A stretch of DNA of 64,000 nt from Truepera sp. (GTDB lineage: Bacteria; Deinococcota; Deinococci; Deinococcales; Trueperaceae): positions 1,312,001 through 1,376,000 of the forward strand of contig CBDCKW010000009.1 in the NCBI GenBank assembly GCA_965218435.1, read 5' to 3'. Under the pieces are notes generated by a model, which was not told the origin of the DNA, made no database searches, and was given only the letters and a program-made list of their open reading frames with translations. Position numbers and translations under genes: made by a program. Positions 1 through 9,476 of this stretch are shown piece by piece; the first letter of the stretch is position 1; every line of letters starts with the position of its first letter.

Positions 1-133
1 CAGCGCGGCTTGTATAAGTTTCAATGGCACATCTAACCGGATTCAACCGCGTGCTCAGCCGGTAATGACCTCTGGACCTTCTAGGAAGGGCAGACCGCAG
101 CTTAGCCTTAAACCAGATCACGTTTTGACGTTG

Positions 134-162
134 TTGACAGTGTATCTCTCCCTACATATGAT
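134..162 (+). promoter_or_regulatory. sigma-A type promoter of the liv operon
   Basis: TTGACA (134-139), 17-nt spacer, TATGAT (157-162); strong RBS AAGGAGG just before ATG 201. Confidence 0.8.
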
Positions 163-200
163 AGAAGCTGTACTACATGTGAAAATTTTAAGGAGGCAAG

Positions 201-1397
201 ATGAAACTCGGAGTATTGCTAACCGCCGGACTCGTAAGCTTGGGGGTTGCGTCCGCCCAAGAACCGCTGACACTCGGGGTCAACTTAGAGCTCTCCGGGC
301 GGCTCGTGTCCCTCGGAACGCCTGAACTCGAGGGGATGCGCGCCGCGCAAGCTGAAATGAGTGAAGTCTTGGGTCGCCCCGTCGAGCTTTCAGTGTGTGA
401 CAACGCCTCGACGCCTGAGGGGTCGGTGGCGTGCGCGAACCGTTTTATTGACGAGGGTGTCGTTGCCGTCTTGGGTACGGGCGGCTCGTCACAGGCGATT
501 CCCGCCGCCGAAGTTTTGCAAAGAGCGGGCGTTATTATGATCACGCCGAGTTCGACAAACAACGCCACCACGCAAATTGGCGACTACATCTTCCGCGTCG
601 CCTATAACGACGAGTTTCAGGGTGCGGTGGCCGCCGACTACCTTTACGGCGATGACGTCGGCGCACGCCGGGTGGCGGTTTTTCGGCAGCAAGACGACGA
701 CTACTCGTTCGGCTTAGCGGGCTTTTTCGACGACGCGTTTAAGGCCGCTGGCGGCGAAACGGTCATTGTGGATTACACCGCCGGTACGGTGGACTTCGCC
801 GCGCAGATCAACGACATCCGTGCCTTTAACCCCGACGCGATCTACACCCCCGGCTTTTGCCCCGAACTCGCTTCGCTCGTGCCGCAGCTGTTGCAGCAGG
901 GTTTTACCGCGCAGCTTAAGATGGGCGGTGACGGTACCGACGACGCGCAGTGCCCCGACGGTGGCGGCGCAGCGTTTAACAACTTCCGTTTTACGGCGTT
1001 TGCCGAACCCGCGCAGCTCTCGAGCGACCCCGAGGCGGCCAAACGTGCCGAAGCCTTCCGCACCTCGTTTGACAAGTCGCAACCCAACGGCACCTTTAAC
1101 GGCTTTACCTTGGCGGGTGCCGACGCCTACAACGTGATTGTCGCTGCGATCAAAGCCGCCGGTACCGCTGAGACGGACGCGGTACGGGACTCGCTGGCAG
1201 CACTCGAGAACTACCCCGGCGTTAGCGGCCCGATCACCTTTGCCGGAACCGACGGCACACCCTCCAACCGCATCATGGGCTTTTTTGAGTACAAGGTACC
1301 CGGTGATGACGGCGCTGCCTACACCAAAGCGTCACTCGGCGGCCTGACCCGGCAGTTTGAGGGAGCGGGGGCCACCGGAAGCGGCGGCGGACAGTAA
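201..1397 (+). CDS. livK: branched-chain amino acid (HAAT family) ABC transporter substrate-binding protein
   Basis: Signal peptide; LivJ/K-type motifs (ELSGRL, ITPSSTN, YIFRVAYND, DDYSFGL, GVSGPITF); first gene of a complete liv cluster. Confidence 0.9.
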   Translation: MKLGVLLTAGLVSLGVASAQEPLTLGVNLELSGRLVSLGTPELEGMRAAQAEMSEVLGRPVELSVCDNASTPEGSVACANRFIDEGVVAVLGTGGSSQAIPAAEVLQRAGVIMITPSSTNNATTQIGDYIFRVAYNDEFQGAVAADYLYGDDVGARRVAVFRQQDDDYSFGLAGFFDDAFKAAGGETVIVDYTAGTVDFAAQINDIRAFNPDAIYTPGFCPELASLVPQLLQQGFTAQLKMGGDGTDDAQCPDGGGAAFNNFRFTAFAEPAQLSSDPEAAKRAEAFRTSFDKSQPNGTFNGFTLAGADAYNVIVAAIKAAGTAETDAVRDSLAALENYPGVSGPITFAGTDGTPSNRIMGFFEYKVPGDDGAAYTKASLGGLTRQFEGAGATGSGGGQ

Positions 1398-1458
1398 ACC
1401 CGCAACCCTCCGCAACCCACTGAGTTGTGACCGCTGCTGTTTCGGTCGTAAGTCAGGT

Positions 1459-1497
1459 TCAGGGAGTGGGTCTTGGACCCACTCCCTGATTCTCTTT
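1459..1497 (+). terminator. intrinsic terminator or mRNA-stabilising hairpin after livK
   Basis: Perfect 14-bp stem TCAGGGAGTGGGTC-TTG-GACCCACTCCCTGA followed by TTCTCTTT. Confidence 0.75.
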
Positions 1498-1659
1498 GAC
1501 CTGCTTCAAGCTGGATGCAAGCCCTTTACCGGAGCCCGTAGCCGCTACTGTTACAAACGGTGCATTTTATGTCAAGTGCAGCCTGGCAACCCAGATTATT
1601 GATATATTTCACGTTAAGACTCCCTGAGTCTGCTTTAGCTCTTATCTCGAGGTGTTCTT

Positions 1660-2898
1660 TTGGTCCGTTCGCAAACGCTTAAACCCCGGAGACGTGTCAA
1701 TCTCACCCCGTGGCTCGTCCTGCTCGTTATCGCCTTGCTTATCGGCGGACGCGTTGCGTATCTGCTAAGTACCGGCGGGTCTTATACCTCAGGCTTTTTC
1801 GTCGGGGCGCTCCTGAGTTCACTGCAGCTCGGCAGTCTCTACGCGCTTATTGCGCTCGGCTACACGCTCGTGTACGGCATCATCCGGTTGATTAACTTCG
1901 CACACGGCGAGATTTTTATGGTGGGCGCGTTTTCGTCTTATTTTTTATTCGCGCAAACGCCTTACGCGCTCCCGTGGGCGCTTTTTGTCGCAGCACTGGC
2001 CAGCGCCGGACTGATGTACGCGCTTAACCTCTGGCGCGGCAAGCTGACCGACCCGGTGGTCCTCGTAGGCGGGTTACTTTCCTTGGTCGGGTTTACCTAC
2101 GCGCTCAGTACGGGGGCGCTCAACTGGGTAGTGGCGCTGCTCCTCAGTATGCTGATCACCGGCGTCGTTGGTATTTTGCTCGACCGTATCGCCTACCGCC
2201 CCCTCCGGGGTGCGCCGCGTATCTCGCTTTTAATTACCGCGATTGCGATGTCGTTTTTTTTGCAAAATGCTGGACTCCTCGTCTTTACGCGTAATCAGAC
2301 GCCTTACCGCCCCGATACGGCGCTGCCGAGTGCGTTACAGTTCAACCTGCTTGGCAATAAGGTTACGTCTTGGACGCAGTTTTTACAGTTTTCGCTGGGT
2401 GAGAGCACTATTTACACCTCAGCGATGGTCATCTTAATTCCTGTAGTCACCCTCATCTTGGTCGTGGCGCTAACGCTGTTTGTCTCGCGGACGCGGCTCG
2501 GCAAAGCGATGCGGGCGACCGCACAAGACCCCGAAGTCGCGCAGATGATGGGCGTGAACGTCAACCGGGTGATTGCGACGACGTTTTTTCTGGGGTCTAT
2601 CTTGGCAGCAGCGGCGGGAGTCCTGTGGGGGCTTAACTTCGGCAGCTTGACGCAACCCGCGGTGTTCGGCCTCTTGCCCGGTCTGAAAGCGTTTTCTGCC
2701 GCCGTGATCGGCGGTATCGGAAGCTTGCCCGGCGCAGTCATCGGCGGGCTGTTGCTCGGCTTTTTAGAGAACTTCGTCCCGGCGCTTTTTTCGGGTGTCA
2801 CCGAATACAAAGACACCTTCGCGTTCTTTTTGCTCATTATCATCCTCTTGATCCGGCCGAGCGGGATCGTCGGCGAAGACCTTTCGGAGAAAGTATGA
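1660..2898 (+). CDS. livH: HAAT ABC permease
   Basis: GSLYALIALGYTLVYGIIRLINFAHGE and RLGKAMRATAQD motifs; multiple TM segments. Confidence 0.92.
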   Translation: MVRSQTLKPRRRVNLTPWLVLLVIALLIGGRVAYLLSTGGSYTSGFFVGALLSSLQLGSLYALIALGYTLVYGIIRLINFAHGEIFMVGAFSSYFLFAQTPYALPWALFVAALASAGLMYALNLWRGKLTDPVVLVGGLLSLVGFTYALSTGALNWVVALLLSMLITGVVGILLDRIAYRPLRGAPRISLLITAIAMSFFLQNAGLLVFTRNQTPYRPDTALPSALQFNLLGNKVTSWTQFLQFSLGESTIYTSAMVILIPVVTLILVVALTLFVSRTRLGKAMRATAQDPEVAQMMGVNVNRVIATTFFLGSILAAAAGVLWGLNFGSLTQPAVFGLLPGLKAFSAAVIGGIGSLPGAVIGGLLLGFLENFVPALFSGVTEYKDTFAFFLLIIILLIRPSGIVGEDLSEKV

Positions 2899-4295
2899 GC
2901 GCGGCGGCCCTGCCGAGTACGAAGAGGCTCCGCAATACCCTGCTGACGCTCCTCGGGTTAGGACTATTGGTGCTCGCGCTCTACTTCATTGACGGAAACG
3001 CCACGACGAAATTCAAACAGGCGTGTACGCTCTTTGCAGTTTGGGGCGTCGCGGCCATCAGCCTCAACCTCATCAACGGGACGACGGGCATTTTGTCGCT
3101 CGGTCAGCACGGCTTTATGCTCGTCGGCGGCTATACGACCGCGCTTTTGACGCTGCCTGAAATCCGGCGGCAACAGATATCTGAGAGTGCCCGCAGCCAG
3201 ATGAACGACTTTACCCTGGGGCTGAGTCTTAGCAACGGGTTTGACGCGCTTGGATTACACGGCCTCACCACCCCGGAAACGCTCTGGGTACGGTTTGTGA
3301 TCGCCCTCTTTTTAGGTGGGTTGGTCGCAGCCGTGTTCGGCCTTATCGTCGGAATTCCGAGTTTGCGGCTACGCGGCGACTATCTGGCGATCGTGACCTT
3401 TGGCTTTGGCGAGATCATCCGGCTGCTCGCTTCGACAAGTCTGTTCGGGCCGTTTACCAACGGGTCCTTAGGTTATACCGGCGTCCCGGCGCTCTTTGGC
3501 CGGAGCCTTTACTGGACGTTCGGCATCTTGGTGCTCACCGTTTTTGTGATGGTCAAGCTTAAATACTCGTCGTATGGGCGGGCGCTACAAGGGATTCGTG
3601 AAGACGAGATTGCAGCCGAAGCGATGGGCGTCAACTTGGCCTATCACAAAGTTCTGGCGTTTACGCTCTCGGCGTTTTTTGCCGGTATTGCGGGTGGCCT
3701 TTACGCGTCGTGGCTCTCCGGGGCGCGGCTCGACTACTTTTTGTTTACGCTGACCTTTTTCTTCTTGGTGGCGATTTCGGTCGGCGGTACGGGGTCGTAT
3801 ACCGGCGTGTTGATCGGGACGGCGCTCGTCGTCTTTGTCCGGCAGTACGGGGACCCGCTCGAGCAACCCTATCCCGTCAACGTGTGGTTCGGGGCGCTCG
3901 CGGTGCTCGTCATTCTCGCGGTGCTCGGTACGGTGATCTTGCGGAACGCTCGCCGCCTCCGTCCGCGTGTGCCACCCCTGCTCTACGGTCTGGGTGCACT
4001 CGGCGTGCTGGGGCTGGGGTTCGCCTTCGTCGCCCCCAACTTCGGTCTTCTAACCGGTGAGTTTCAAGCGTTCGGGATGCGGGCCATTTTACTCTCGGTG
4101 GTGCTGCTCGTGATTATGATCGCACGGCCCTCAGGGATTTTGGGCCGCGCCGAGTTCTCGTGGGCGTGGCTGTTCCGGGAACGGCGTGACCAACCTTCGG
4201 ACGAAGAGCGGGCACAAGACGCGTGGCTCACGAACCCCGAGCTAAACCAAGACCGCACCGCCGCGCTGGGTGACCTCCGCAAAGGAGAAGAATAG
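2895..4295 (+). CDS. livM: HAAT ABC permease
   Basis: LRLRGDYLAIVTFGFGEI and GIREDEIAAEAMG motifs; ATGA overlap with livH. Confidence 0.92.
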   Translation: MSAAALPSTKRLRNTLLTLLGLGLLVLALYFIDGNATTKFKQACTLFAVWGVAAISLNLINGTTGILSLGQHGFMLVGGYTTALLTLPEIRRQQISESARSQMNDFTLGLSLSNGFDALGLHGLTTPETLWVRFVIALFLGGLVAAVFGLIVGIPSLRLRGDYLAIVTFGFGEIIRLLASTSLFGPFTNGSLGYTGVPALFGRSLYWTFGILVLTVFVMVKLKYSSYGRALQGIREDEIAAEAMGVNLAYHKVLAFTLSAFFAGIAGGLYASWLSGARLDYFLFTLTFFFLVAISVGGTGSYTGVLIGTALVVFVRQYGDPLEQPYPVNVWFGALAVLVILAVLGTVILRNARRLRPRVPPLLYGLGALGVLGLGFAFVAPNFGLLTGEFQAFGMRAILLSVVLLVIMIARPSGILGRAEFSWAWLFRERRDQPSDEERAQDAWLTNPELNQDRTAALGDLRKGEE

Positions 4296-5118
4296 TGGCG
4301 CTTTTGGAGCTTGAAGGCGTCAATAAATCGTTCGGCGGCCTGCAAGCAACGACCGATATGAGCCTCAGCTTAAACGAAGGCGAGATCGTCTCGATTATCG
4401 GGCCGAACGGGGCGGGCAAGTCCACCTTGTTTAACCTGATTACCGGCGTGTACACACCCGATTCCGGGAGCATCCGCTTTGAAGGGCGTTCAATCGTCGG
4501 CAAAAAACCCAACAAGATTGTTGACTTAGGCATCGCCCGGACGTTTCAGAACTTGCGGCTGTTTACCGACTTGTCAGTGCTCGAGAACGTCCTGATCGCG
4601 CAGCATCACAAGATGCGCTCGACCTGGCTCTCGGCGGTGGTGCGGACCCCCGGTTACCGGCGGCAAGAACGCGAGATGCACGAGCAGGCCATACAGAAAC
4701 TCGCCTTTTTCGGCCCTCGCCTGATGAGCTTCCGGCTCCATCAACCCGTGTACGTCTTGTCGTACGCGAACCGCCGCCGCACTGAGATGGCGCGGGCGAT
4801 GGCGACGGGCGCGAAACTTCTCTTGCTAGACGAGCCGAGCGCCGGAATGAACCCCAAAGAGACCGGCGAAATTACCCAGATTATCCGGCGAATGCGCGAC
4901 GAAGGAGGCTACACCATCTTACTGGTCGAACACAAGATGAACTTGGTCGGTGAGATCAGCGACCGCGTGCTGGTTCTCGACTACGGCGAAAAAATCGCTG
5001 AAGGTTCCTACAAAGAGGTCGTCAATGACCCCCGTGTCGTCGAAGCGTACCTGGGCAAACGGGCCGCCGACGAGGGCGACACCGCCGACTTGACCGAAGA
5101 CCTCCCGGACGGTGCCGC

Positions 5119-5122
<4 letters not shown>
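4295..5122 (+). CDS. livG: HAAT ABC ATPase
   Basis: Walker A GPNGAGKST, ARTFQN, LLLLDEP, VVEAYLG. Confidence 0.93.
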
Positions 5123-5880
<758 letters not shown>

Positions 5881-6002
5881 CGTGACGAAATTAGCACTGA
5901 GGATGCTTTTCATGGCTTAGTCGGACGCTGACGACATGGAGGGTATGAAATACTTTCAACGTAATCGAGTACCCATTTCGTATGCTTGTTTCTGGAGGGA
6001 TT

Positions 6003-6629
6003 ATGAAGCTTTGGTGGTTGCTATCAGGATTATATGTGGTGGGCTTGGCCCATGCTCAGAGCTCGGCGCAGGACATATTTGTGGGGATGCAGCCTTTAGA
6101 GGGAGTCAATTACGAAATTTACGACGCGGATGCTGTTTCAGATGACGGCTTCATACCAAGTAGCGCAGCGGCTGTCCAAGAAGTTGAACCTGAGGGTATA
6201 GGCTACCGTTTCTTCTACACACAAGGCTACCCGCCCGAGATTGCATATACTGACGTGTGCCCTTCAGGGTTTGAAACGGTCTGGTACACCATCGAGGTAA
6301 ATCCATATACACCGGTTAATTTCGATTTTCAGGGCGAAGTCCACCCCATAGAGGGCGTTGATGGAGAAGACTTTGGGTTCAGCTACTACCCGGGCAGTGA
6401 GGCGCAAATGGACACGCCTTTATATGTTGGGAGTTGCCAATACTCAGATCGGCGCAACATGTCCTACCGCTCTAACAATCTGAACGCTCAACCTGCCATC
6501 GTTGACCTGTCGCGCGTCTTTGAACTGAGCTGCGACGTGTCGGTCGTTAATCTTGAAAAGCGTACTGTCATGGCTGAGCAAACTTTGGACAATCTTACCT
6601 TCTGTTATGGAGAACTCACTGCCGAGTGA
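6003..6629 (+). CDS. hypothetical secreted protein
   Basis: GGAGG RBS before ATG 6003; signal peptide ending AHA-Q; acidic with 4 Cys; no family recognised; lower GC than the flanks. Confidence 0.65.
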   Translation: MKLWWLLSGLYVVGLAHAQSSAQDIFVGMQPLEGVNYEIYDADAVSDDGFIPSSAAAVQEVEPEGIGYRFFYTQGYPPEIAYTDVCPSGFETVWYTIEVNPYTPVNFDFQGEVHPIEGVDGEDFGFSYYPGSEAQMDTPLYVGSCQYSDRRNMSYRSNNLNAQPAIVDLSRVFELSCDVSVVNLEKRTVMAEQTLDNLTFCYGELTAE

Positions 6630-6792
6630 CCTCGAGGCAGGCGCAAATACAAACGCTGTAAGCTGTTTGGTGACGACGGGTTGGGGCCACCACGAAAGCA
6701 ACCGTGAGGCTGCAAAAATATATGGGGCATTTGTCGGTGCAAATCTCCCGGAGGTCATTGCGTGGATTTCGGCTCGAGAACGGCTGGCGTAA
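6619..6792 (+). pseudogene. 3' remnant of a HAD-IIIA (GmhB-like) phosphatase
   Basis: Frame reads PSDLEAGANTNAVSCLVTTGWG..., matching the HAD-IIIA C-terminal SDxxAG...LVxTGxG pattern; no 5' half present. Confidence 0.55.
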
Positions 6793-6847
6793 GTCCGTAA
6801 AAATTGTGCAATATGAAGTCCCGTCAACAAATTATGTTTGATCTTTT

Positions 6848-6863
6848 GTACGTTATGACGTAC
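6848..6863. promoter_or_regulatory. probable YefM autoregulatory operator overlapping a leaderless -10
   Basis: Perfect inverted repeat GTACGT-TATG-ACGTAC directly upstream of yefM; TACGCT 5 nt before ATG. Confidence 0.65.
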
Positions 6864-6871
6864 GCTAGTTT

Positions 6872-7114
6872 ATGTCTGTTTTAACAGCTACTGAAGCGAG
6901 GGCCAACCTCTACAAGCTCATCGAAAAAACGTTACAAAGTCATGAACCTGTTGTGATTGCGGGTAAAAAAGGTAACGCGGTGCTCCTGTCCGAAGAAGAC
7001 TGGAACGCCGTTACTGAAACGCTTTATCTGCTCTCTGTACCCGGAATGCGCGAATCTATACGTGAAGGTATGGAAACCGATGTGTCTGAGCTTTCTGAAA
7101 CGCTGGACTGGTGA
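6872..7114 (+). CDS. yefM: Phd/YefM family antitoxin
   Basis: TATEARANLYKLI...NAVLLSEEDW...ETLYLLS pattern; GTGA overlap with the toxin gene. Confidence 0.92.
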   Translation: MSVLTATEARANLYKLIEKTLQSHEPVVIAGKKGNAVLLSEEDWNAVTETLYLLSVPGMRESIREGMETDVSELSETLDW

Positions 7115-7374
7115 GTTGGCGGCTGTTCTACACCAAACAGGCTCAAAAAGACGCAAAAAGATTGGCAGCAACTGGCCTCAAGCAAAAAGCCTCTGCACTT
7201 CTCAAAGTCATAGAGGAGAACCCGTTTCAAAACCCGCCGCCCTATGAGAAACTGCTCGGTGATTTGGCTGGGGCGACCTCGAGGCGTATCAATATTCAGC
7301 ACCGATTGGTCTACCAAGTGCTCAAAAACGAACGTATCGTCAAAGTTTTACGGTTGTGGACGCATTACGAGTAA
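7111..7374 (+). CDS. yoeB: Txe/YoeB family toxin
   Basis: PPYEKLLGDLAG-SRRINIQHRLVY...WTHYE. Confidence 0.93.
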   Translation: MSWRLFYTKQAQKDAKRLAATGLKQKASALLKVIEENPFQNPPPYEKLLGDLAGATSRRINIQHRLVYQVLKNERIVKVLRLWTHYE

Positions 7375-7425
7375 CACTGAGCTACCAAACTCGTATGCTC
7401 TGAGCTGGTCGAGCGTTCTGCACCA

Positions 7426-7647
7426 TCAGCTTTTGTGAGCGCGTTCTTCTTGCAAAAGCTCGGCAGCTGCTATGTGAAGCTCGGTAAGTGTGTGCGTGCT
7501 AAGGGTACGCTGCCACTTTTTTCTAGCCAATTCATGCTCGATGGCAATGCGCACAAACTCGCTGATAGTGGTGCGGTCTTCAGCGGATGCTTCCTTCAAC
7601 TGCTCAAGCAGGTCGCCTGAGATATTTTTAACCTGTAGCTTCGCCAT
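7426..7647 (-). CDS. FitA-like ribbon-helix-helix antitoxin-like protein (orphan)
   Basis: MAKLQVKNISGDLLEQLKEAS...TISEFV RHH pattern, C-terminal AAELLQEER; TGCTAACTT extended -10 ending 5 nt before ATG. Confidence 0.65.
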   Translation of the reverse strand: MAKLQVKNISGDLLEQLKEASAEDRTTISEFVRIAIEHELARKKWQRTLSTHTLTELHIAAAELLQEERAHKS

Positions 7648-7699
7648 ATACGAAGTTAGCACGGCTCTCCGTAAAGAAACAGCATTTACCGACTGACAC

Positions 7700-8524
7700 T
7701 TATCTACGTGGGTCACGCATATCTCGAATCCCATCCCCTAACAAACTCCACCCCAATACCGTAAGCACAATCGCCAACCCTGGCACCAACACCGGATACG
7801 GGCTCAGCTGCAAAAATCCCTGCGCCTCGCGGAGCATATTGCCCCAACTCGGTGTGCGGGGCGGTGTCCCAAGTCCTAAAAATGAGAGCGCGGCTTCAGC
7901 GAGGACGGCGACAGCTAAACTTAAACTCGCCTGCACGATGATGGGGGAGAGGGCGTTCGGCAAGATGTGCCGCGTCAAGACGCGCCGCTGCGACGCGCCG
8001 AGTGCGCGCCCTGCCTCGACGAAATCGCGGTGTTTAAGTTCTAACACCGACGCCCGGAGGAGCCGCGCGAAAACCGGCGCGGTGGCAATGCCGATGGCGC
8101 TCATGGCCGTTAGGGTGCCAGGGGTATAGATTGCGGCGAGCAGCAGTGCGAGCAAGATAGGTGGAAACGCGTAAAGTACGTCAACGAGGCGCATCAAGAG
8201 ATCGTCAACTAAGCCGCCGACAAACCCGGCAAGTGCTCCGACGAGGCAACCGAGTGTCAGGGCGATGCCGACCGCGACGAAGCCGACTTGGAGGGCACCC
8301 CTCGAGCCCACCAATACCCGGCTGAGCAGATCGCGTCCGAGCTGATCGGTACCGAACGGGTGCGCTGCACTCGGCCCGGAGAGCTGCGCCGTAAAATCCA
8401 TCGCGTTGGGGTCTTGCGGTAGCCAAAAAAAGCTTAGCACTGCTGACACGATAACGAGCCCGACCAGCACCGCGCCGATGATGAGGTTCGCGGGTACTCG
8501 TTGATAAGTTATGCTGTCAGTCAT
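7700..8524 (-). CDS. dppC: peptide/nickel ABC permease (DppC-like)
   Basis: HPFGTDQLGRD, FVEAGRALGAS, HILPN, EAALSFLGLG, PSWG. Confidence 0.9.
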   Translation of the reverse strand: MTDSITYQRVPANLIIGAVLVGLVIVSAVLSFFWLPQDPNAMDFTAQLSGPSAAHPFGTDQLGRDLLSRVLVGSRGALQVGFVAVGIALTLGCLVGALAGFVGGLVDDLLMRLVDVLYAFPPILLALLLAAIYTPGTLTAMSAIGIATAPVFARLLRASVLELKHRDFVEAGRALGASQRRVLTRHILPNALSPIIVQASLSLAVAVLAEAALSFLGLGTPPRTPSWGNMLREAQGFLQLSPYPVLVPGLAIVLTVLGWSLLGDGIRDMRDPRR

Positions 8525-9461
8525 AACGAATTCTCGGATCGAGCACGCCGTAGGCCAAATCTACCAAAAAGCTCAAAAGGACGATAATGCTGGCGTAGAC
8601 CAAAACCTCGCCCTGAAGGAGCGGAAAATCTCTGGTTCCAATCGCCGTCAGCGCCAGACGCCCGAGCCCCGGCAGTGAAAAAACCTGTTCAATCACGATT
8701 GCGCCGACTAAAACTTGTGAAAAAGAGAGTCCTAAAACGGTTAAAAGCGTCACAAGCGCGTTTCTCAGACCGTGTTTGAGGACGACCGTGCGCCCCGGTA
8801 AACCTTTGGCTTTGGCGGTGCGAACATAGTCTTGGCTGAGGGTCTCGAGCATCGCCGAGCGCGTCATCCGGGTAATCACAGCGGCCTGACCAAGCCCGAG
8901 CGCGAGCGTCGGCAAGACCAGGCTGCGGAGCGTCCCCACCGGATTTTCTGCCCAAGGTACAAACCCGCCTGACGGGAGCCAACCAAGCCTGACGCTAAAA
9001 AATAAAATGAGCAACAGCCCAAGCCAAAACGACGGCACCGCCGCCCCGAGCTGCGCGGCGCTGACAAAGAGTGGGTCGAGCCAGCTGCCGCGCTTTAAGG
9101 CCGCCCAAATCCCGAGCGGTAACGCAATCACGCAGGCGACGAGCATCCCGGCGAGCGCGAGCGGTAACGACACCCAAAGGCGTTCAGCGATCAGCGCCCG
9201 AACCGGTGTGCGGTAATTGATCGACGCGCCGAAGTCGCCCCGTAAAACGCCGCCGAACCAGCCAAAAAAGCGGGTGACCGGCGGCTCATCCAAGCCGAGT
9301 TGTTGCCGCACCACGGCGAGTGCCTGAGGGCTGGGATTCAGCCCTAAAATAGCGGTGGCCGGGTCACCGGGGATGGCGAGCAGCGCACCAAAAACGAGCA
9401 CCGCCGCTAAAAAGACGCTGAGGCAAGCCAGCAAAAAGCGGCGGAGAACGAAGGCCAGCAT
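8517..9461 (-). CDS. dppB: peptide/nickel ABC permease (DppB-like)
   Basis: PGDPA, DYVRTAKAKGL, EQVFSLPGLG, LDPRI. Confidence 0.9.
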   Translation of the reverse strand: MLAFVLRRFLLACLSVFLAAVLVFGALLAIPGDPATAILGLNPSPQALAVVRQQLGLDEPPVTRFFGWFGGVLRGDFGASINYRTPVRALIAERLWVSLPLALAGMLVACVIALPLGIWAALKRGSWLDPLFVSAAQLGAAVPSFWLGLLLILFFSVRLGWLPSGGFVPWAENPVGTLRSLVLPTLALGLGQAAVITRMTRSAMLETLSQDYVRTAKAKGLPGRTVVLKHGLRNALVTLLTVLGLSFSQVLVGAIVIEQVFSLPGLGRLALTAIGTRDFPLLQGEVLVYASIIVLLSFLVDLAYGVLDPRIRYD

Positions 9462-9476
9462 CAGTTCGTCGCTAGG

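Noticed and set aside
5881..7699. Integron cassette array
   Set aside because: Genes are in mixed orientation, with no repeated attC-like sites and no integrase
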